DNA of 43,740 bases from Octopus bimaculoides (taxonomy: Eukaryota): positions 39,420,627-39,464,366 of the forward strand of contig NC_068991.1 of assembly GCF_001194135.2 (NCBI RefSeq), read 5' to 3'. Positions 36,996-43,740 of this stretch are shown piece by piece (the first letter of the stretch is position 1; each line of letters begins with the position of its first letter). A model generated the notes under the pieces. The model searched no databases. It saw only the letters and a list, made by a program, of their open reading frames with translations, and was not told where the DNA came from. Made by a program: the position numbers and the translations under genes.

Positions 36996-38494
36996 ATAAC
37001 TCTTGTGGTCTATGATTACAAATGCAGTCTTAATCAGATGTGAAAAGGAAATTCAGTTTGTGATGCTTATTGTAACATTTCTTAATTTGAATTTTTTTTC
37101 TTTTTAATATCCTGTTGCAGTCTTTCCTATTTACAATCACTCTGGTATACATGTATGTTGACAAGGATGACTAAAGATATCATCAAAATTAATATATATA
37201 ATCCATGGTTATTACAGTACAAGAATGATAAATACAACAAACATTAGATAATTCTGATTTACTCCACTGTTTCTCTGTCTGTCTTAGAATTCCAATAAAA
37301 TCCAGATTTTTCCAGCCTTTAATATTTCATTTTGTTGATTTTTCAGGTGTATATGGCAGAAAAATGTCTGTTGTTGCCTAACCATTTCCTACATCTGAAC
37401 GGTTGTGGGTTATGACTAGTTTTGAATGTCCTCTGCCACTGTCCAGGAATTGAGCTTTATTTTAAACAACAGGTCATGGTTGCTTTCTCCATATGCTGGT
37501 GTATTATCAGTATCACAAGTAATACATATACTGGAAACAACTCACCAAATAAGTAATCTGTCATGGTTACAATTGTGGCAGGAAGTACTTGAATTTGAAC
37601 CAGCCATGAAAGCAACCACAATCAATCACTCCATTCCTTTTTGTTCATGCCTTTCATGGCAGTTTATCTCTGCAATTGTTTCCTGGAAAAGGAAAAAGAA
37701 ATACTCTGTTGGTTTCAAACTCAACAGGAAGAGTATGGTTAGATCCATTCCTTCCCAAGTTTCTTTTAAAATATCTGTTCCATTTCTGTTAGTGGGATTG
37801 ATTCTTATGTACTTTTGATGTTGCTGTGATTCTGATAGCAATATCACTTGATGCCAAATTAGAAAAATCTTATTAGGCATCAATTATATGGTTTTGCTTA
37901 TTAAGTTAGTTTCCTGCAGCCACTTTTAAACTCACTAAAATTAATACTGAAGTTTGAAATTATGAGCTCAGACAAAAAAGTTTGCTTTGGAATCTCTTGG
38001 TTTTAGTTTTGACCCTAATGTATAGCACACTTAACAAGTATTTTCAGTCACAACCATGGCTTGATTCAAGCCACGACTGAAAATGGGTTGATGGAAAATG
38101 TACAGAAGCTTGTCAGATGGATTGTAATTGTTTTTGGATAGTAGACTTATTCTATCTCTTGGATCAATACCATGAACTGCTTCTCAAATGAATCATGAGC
38201 TTATGAAATAAACTCTTTATTATTAAACAAATATAACTGATGAATCCAACAACTTTGTGAAAAATTATGACTAGTGTCTGTTTTTAAAGCAGTTTTTGTG
38301 AACACTCATAAATTTACAAACCGAGAAAATTGGGAATGGCTAGTAGTAGTAGAAGGTGCAGGTTCAATTTCTACTTTAATCTCTTATGTTCAGTTATCTT
38401 TACACAGTGTGTGGTTATGCATATGCCTGTCTAATGTACTAATTGTTAATTTTTCTTCATGTTATTTGAAATAATATTTTTTTTGTTATTTTAG

Positions 38495-38727
38495 CCAAAG
38501 AGCAATCTGAATTAACAAAAGATTGTCCTATAAAGCTCCATAACAAAACATCTGCAATAAGCATTAATATCAAAAGTAGCAGTCCTGTTTCAAGTCCAGG
38601 CAGTCCTAAAAGTCCTGGAAGCCCTACAAGCCCTAAAAGTCCGGGTAGTCCTGGAAGAACAAGTTCTGGCATTACTTCCAATACAGGCATTTCACCAAGT
38701 GAAGAGAAGTCAGTTGTTACCAGAAAG
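38495..38727 (+). CDS. PPP4R3: PPP4R3 coding exon (233 nt), low-complexity Ser/Pro-rich tail: (A)KEQSELTKD...SPGSPKSPGSPTSPKSPGSPGR...SVVTRK
   Basis: ttttag|CC acceptor, AAG|gtaaac donor; stop-free, and phases (1 in, 0 out) fit both neighbouring exons. Sequence conservation is weak, so support is mainly structural. Confidence 0.85.
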
Positions 38728-39062
38728 GTAAACCTTTACATCATCCTTGAAGAATATTTTTAAAATTAGAAACACATGATTAGCAATTTTAATGTATGGG
38801 TGTGTTGCACACTTTAATACATGGGCACACGTGCATAATTTCAGTTTTCTTTCCTCAACTCTTCCCCGTCACTTTTAGTTATTTGACATCTACCGTTTTC
38901 AACAGACTGATTTTTTTTGTTGCTCTGGTTTTCTTTTCTTTTTTTTCTCAACATTTTCCTTTTTACTTGAAAGTTTTCAAAGATCTTAAGCTTGAAATCT
39001 CAAAAGCACCTACTTTTAATCTCTCATTGAATGTCAGACAATTTATATTGTGTGTGTGTATT

Positions 39063-40680
39063 AGTAGAAAAGGCACCTGGTCCATTGGGAATCTCCACTG
39101 CTGAGTTGCTTAAAATATCTGGTGGAGTGGGAGATGTGTTAGTCACCAGATTGTACAGGAAATTGTTCGGATCTTTTTTAAAACGGGGGCCACATTTTTC
39201 ATTAATGTTTTACGTAGTGCTTTTGGTACCGAAAGACTTTCAAACTTCGTATACTTATCTATTTTGTGTTATAGAACAGAAAAATATTTTTGTATTCGAA
39301 TTTATTTCATGTAAAAAATTGTCTTATTTCGATAATTTCAACCAATCACTGACGTCCATTCAGCCGATATACATTAAGTGCCGACTACATAAACAAACGA
39401 TTCTTCGTTTTATTTGCTTTTTTCATTTTAAATTTGCTTTAACCCTAACCCTAACTCTAACCCTAGGGTTAGGGTTAGGGTTAATTGTTTCAGAATCGTT
39501 TGTTTATGTAGTCGGCACATAATGTATATCGGCTGAATGGACGTCAGTGATTGGTTGAAATTACAGAAATACAACTTTAACATGGAATAATTTATGGATT
39601 TCTTTTTTTTTAAAGAAGACTAAGAGAAAAAGATGTTTTATATGACACATTCTACCAGTGATCCAAGTTTCAAAGTGTTTCGTTAATGAAAAATGTGGCC
39701 CCCGTTTTAAAAAAGATCCAATTGTTCTAGCCAGTGACTGACATTGCAGTCAACTGCTGCAAAGGATAATGGAGATGCATTTTGGGGAGGAAACCATAGA
39801 GGTGTTTGACCAGATTATGAAGCAAGAAGAGGTTATAAGCACAATTGTTTAGGAAAAGAATATAGCAGCGATGCAATTTGAATTTGTGCCAAGATCATGC
39901 TATCCTTCTAATTGGACAGCTGCAAAAGTATTTAACCAGGAATAAGACTTTATATCTGGCATTTGTTGCCCTGGATAAGGTCTTTGCTGTTGTTCTCTGC
40001 TGTGTGATGTGATGGTCACCAAAGAGGCTTGGAGTAGAAAAATAGCTTGTAAGAGAGCTGTATGATCCATGTACAGAATTGTAGTCAGTAAGGTGGAGGT
40101 GCACTTGAGCTCAGTCCTCAGCTCCTTTCTGTTTATAGTCCTTCAAGCCATATCAGAGGTGTATAAGACCTAGTTTTCATAGCTGAATTTGCAGTAGAAT
40201 TAGAATAGAAATTCCAAATGCAGGAACAAAACCTTGGATCCAGAAGTCTCAGTGTGAATTTAGCAAAGACTAACAGTATTAGTGAGTATGGAACTCTCTC
40301 ATCAGGGAAATAGTTCTGCTTGACATGTAGAAAAGGACCAAGTAAGAATTTGTTTGGTCTACCCAATGTAAACAGTGGATATACAAGTGGTGTAATGAAA
40401 TGACAGACAGGCTAACAGAGAAGGTAATCTGTATTTGTGGCAGGTGTACAGTAGCAGTAAGTTCTAAGATCACATGTGAAATATACTCATTCCAATGCCC
40501 ATGCAGCTCTCTAGTAGTTCTCAGCCTCTGTCATGTAAGGGGCCTTATTAGCAGTGAAGATGAGTGTGCTAAAAGCACACTGACCAGTGTAACAACTGGT
40601 TGGGAAAAGTTCATTGTGCTAATATCTCTGTTGGCACAAAAAAATAAAAATTCAACTCAGCACTGTTGTTGAAGACAGTT
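39063..40680 (+). mobile_element. Decayed RTE-clade LINE reverse-transcriptase fragment, interrupted by the foldback element
   Basis: EKAPGPLGISTAELLKISG before the insertion; after it VNCCKG, QKYLTRNKTLYLAFVALDKVF (FVDLEKAFD-like), SVLSSFLFIVLQAIS, LSVNLAKT and Cys-rich CLTCRKG...QCKQW. Confidence 0.8.
39169..39719. mobile_element. Non-autonomous foldback DNA transposon (551 bp) with 8-bp TSD and telomeric-repeat core
   Basis: Perfect 37-bp TIRs (39169-39205, 39683-39719); TSD AATTGTTC (39161-39168, 39720-39727); inner 71-bp inverted repeats with 70/71 identity (39334-39404, 39492-39562); central (TAACCC)n/(GGGTTA)n. Confidence 0.93.
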
Positions 40681-40940
40681 GACAACAATGTTATGCAGCT
40701 GGACCAAACATGATTGATCCAACCACATTTAATCCACTTTACAACTATGTATTTACAAAGTGAACTTAAGCTTACTAACAAACTATAATCAATACAAACT
40801 TGTTTGCTTACTGTTATACAGTGGTGAAGGTTTCAAAATAAATATATAAGGAATACAGTGACTATATATATAATAAAATGAATGCTTTACACTTGGTAGC
40901 TTACTGGTAAATTATGGTCACTTTCACAGTGTTCGTGATG

Positions 40941-42216
40941 TATATGGTAAATGAAAGACGGAAGGTACGAGAATTTTTATTAATAACACAGTAGTGTTTC
41001 AAACCCGTTCAACACACGAGATCAAATAAGCCAAATAACAGATCCAACCCAATTTTTAGTTTGCATGTTTCAACCAAGATCGCTGGAAAATTTTCTGCTG
41101 CTTTAGTCAAGTGTTTTCCTAAATCTAATAGATACCATACTTGTGAAAGTATCCTATGCTAACTCTACTAATTTAGAGCAGCATATGCACTGCATAAACA
41201 ATAGTAAAATGCGACAACAGTTCAATAACCCACCTACTGGATCTAGCAGACATACGCATCTAAATATCAACAAAGATGTAAACTTGAATGAAAAGAACAT
41301 TGGAAAATGAAGTCAGGACTACCATATATACAAATAAATATAATAAATGCTCATGCAGAGAAAAATCAAAATGCTCATTGATAAACCTCTGTATGAGTAC
41401 AAATCTTGTATATAAATGTACTGTGTACACAAGGGGAGGGCCTTATGTTTATATTGGGCAGACGGCTGATTCATTTAAGAATTAATATCACAACCATGTT
41501 GCCAGCTTCAAGAGAAATTCAACATCTTTGGCCAATTTTGTGTGGCAACTGAAGGAAGATAAAATTAAGTATAACATAACTTGGTCCATAATAAGGCATG
41601 CAATATCATTTCTAGGAGATACCAACTCTGCTCTGAGGAATCCCTGTCTATTCTGTGGACTAATGAGAAAATCATTGATAGAATTTCTGAAAAACTCTCA
41701 AGATGCTTACATGCATATAAATGTACTTTTGCACAATGCAGTGGGAATGAATTTGAGTAACTGTTAACATAATTTACTTTAGGATATGGATGAATTAAGT
41801 TTAGCTTTAACCTCCCCATTCTTATAAACACCAAGTAGCTATTTAATTTGCTGTGTGAACATGTGTGCACCAAACCACATGTGCAAGGACGTTTATACAT
41901 CCTTATCTGTTAATGGTTATTTTTAATACCTTTCTCACTGTATTGTGTGTTCGTTTCTTTTCGATCTTTATAAATGAAGATATATCCTTTGTTTTGCTGC
42001 TTTTCTTTACCCAAAATGAGAAGATATGTTGTAGAACTGTTATTTTAACGAGTTATATATATCTGCTTATCGCCCAAAGAGACACATCTTCACTGCTGGA
42101 TGCTCCTGAACCAGTTGTTAAATATCCCACCCATGAGAGATTGATTCTAAATGTTTCGGAACAATTGTCGTGATTGATAAAAATTCTTGTACCTTCCATC
42201 TTCTGTCTTTCATTTA

Positions 42217-42224
<8 letters not shown>
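40941..42224 (+). mobile_element. Decayed Penelope-like element 3' part (GIY-YIG endonuclease) with inverted terminal segments
   Basis: Segments NPIFSLHVSTKIAGKF..LVKCFPK, VKVSY, CSCREKSKC...LVYKCTV...YVYIGQTADSFKN*YHNH...TSLANFVWQLK...YNITWSII; ~70-bp inverted segments at 40941-41010 and 42153-42224. Confidence 0.85.

Positions 42225-42260
<36 letters not shown>
42219..42260. repeat. (TA)n microsatellite
   Basis: Directly visible. Confidence 0.95.
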
Positions 42261-42262
<2 letters not shown>

Positions 42263-42820
42263 GCTCCAATTTACTAACAGCAAGAATTACATATGAACTA
42301 CACATAGGGGGAATCTACAATCCATTATGCATGTTTTGAGGGAAATCTAATGAACTCGCATCATTTTTCAACGTATCTTGGGAGAAAACAACAAATCAAT
42401 ATATATATCAAGATTGTTTTATGTCTACCTTCCAAACCAACATAGGCTCCTTGCCAATTTCCTAGATAGGTTTGCGTCCATATCTTGTTCATTTGGTTAT
42501 GTTAATCTTTTTCATGGCACCAGGACTACAGAAGTTGTCATGTTTTCAATAAGACTAAAAGGTTCTCTCAAAATAATGATCAGAAAACAAACACAGAATT
42601 CATGTAAATTAACAAAAGTGTAAAATTAGTTTGATATGATATATTCATCTTCAGTTCTGAAAAGATAGTATCCTATGCATTAGCTATTTCACTTGAACTA
42701 TTGTAATGTAAGCAATGTAATCTATTTTTTAATTTTTTTTGTACAATTTCTGAAAGTGAAGAACAGATTGGATTAATTGAAATATTGCAAAACAATTTAT
42801 TTATTTATTTGTCTTTTCAG

Positions 42821-42940
42821 CCTGGTTTGATAGGAGGATTAGTGGATTATCCAGATGAAGATTCTGATGAGGATGAAGAGGAGGAGGAAGAGTCAGAAGT
42901 CACTGCGCCATCATCTAAACGGCCACGATTGGCGACATAA
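42821..42940 (+). CDS. PPP4R3: PPP4R3 terminal coding exon (120 nt): PGLIGGLVDYPDEDSDEDEEEEEESEVTAPSSKRPRLAT*
   Basis: ttttcag|CCT acceptor; conserved GLVDYPD, acidic tract and KRPRL (NLS-like) C-terminus; TAA at 42938-42940. Confidence 0.96.
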   Translation, partial: PGLIGGLVDYPDEDSDEDEEEEEESEVTAPSSKRPRLAT

Positions 42941-42941
42941 A

Positions 42942-42947
42942 AATAAA
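42942..42947 (+). promoter_or_regulatory. Candidate polyadenylation signal AATAAA (a second copy lies at 43001-43006)
   Basis: Hexamer immediately after the stop codon; common by chance in AT-rich DNA. Confidence 0.25.
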
Positions 42948-43740
42948 AATTTTGACTGGTATTTGCTGTGTAATGATTGTTGGCTGAAGTGGATAAAATG
43001 AATAAAAATGAACCTTATGATAGAGAAAATACAGATGAATGGCCGTAAAGATAATCTTGTTTCTATGGACCAGCAGCAGATATTTAGTCAGTTGAATATT
43101 TTAACTGGCTCTGGTAGTAAGAAGGTACCTCAATGCAGCAATTAGCATTCCGCTTTCTAAATTCATGATGTCAACTATAACATCCAAATTACCCATTCAT
43201 GCAGACATCTTTCTAGTTCATCAGTTATCAATTTGTAGCCACTGTCAAATGGGACTGTATCCTCAAACTAGATATTGAATGGAAATAATTTTTTAAAAAA
43301 ATTTTCAAGGTGGGGGTATAAAGTAAAATGAAAAAAAAAAAAAAGAAGCAGCTCATGAATTGAACTCTCTCTGCTGGATGTTTTTTTGCATTAAAATTAA
43401 GTTTCCTTGAAATCATAGAAAGAAATTTCTAGAATAGAAAGAATGAGATATGATTTAGGACATATATATTTGAGGTTTAAAGGAAATTTAGTTGCTCATT
43501 TAATACACACACACACATACATATACACACACTATATTCTTGGTGTGGTATACTGCCACTTCAGTAAAGAAGGGTTTCGTGTTGTTACTGCTTTGAAAGC
43601 AATATGATGCCCATCTCCACAAAACCATTCTGGCTTTAATCTCTACATTGAACAGCAATTAAAAAAATATATCTTATAGGCACAGCTGCATCTATTCTAA
43701 CATTAAAAAAAAAAAAAGGCAGCAAAAATTGGGGGTACTG

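Noticed and set aside
39439-39484. True telomere or chromosome-fusion scar
   Set aside because: Only about seven repeats, centred inside a TIR- and TSD-bounded element in an intact gene intron
39031-39522. 163-aa ORF as a novel protein
   Set aside because: Chimera of an RTE remnant and foldback-element sequence, including translated telomeric repeats (LTLTLT/GLGLGL)

Overview
AT-rich animal genomic DNA with microsatellites and four N-gaps. The repeat content suggests an octopod cephalopod, but that is inference from recalled SINE/LINE families. The window holds 13 coding exons (6305-42940, + strand, all GT-AG, 729 aa plus stop) of a PP4 regulatory subunit 3 gene (PPP4R3/SMEK/falafel); the N-terminal EVH1-like exons are absent. 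The introns are filled with mostly decayed mobile elements: a full-length Tc1 nested in a piggyBac-type MITE, other MITEs, tRNA-derived SINEs with interchangeable heads and tails, RTE and CR1-group LINE fragments, a Helitron fragment and a Penelope-like GIY-YIG fragment. Best candidate for new biology: a 628-bp insertion at 19034-19661 with a putative 12-bp target-site duplication. It comprises an inverted arm plus a ~355-bp tandem unit carrying a minimal type I hammerhead ribozyme motif (19407-19450), in sense orientation in the host pre-mRNA, and looks like a retrozyme or Penelope-derived repeat. Also notable is a 551-bp foldback DNA element with a head-to-head telomeric core (39169-39719), and a periodic (SPx)7 tract in the C-terminal tail of the protein. 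No ribozyme activity or database identity was tested.
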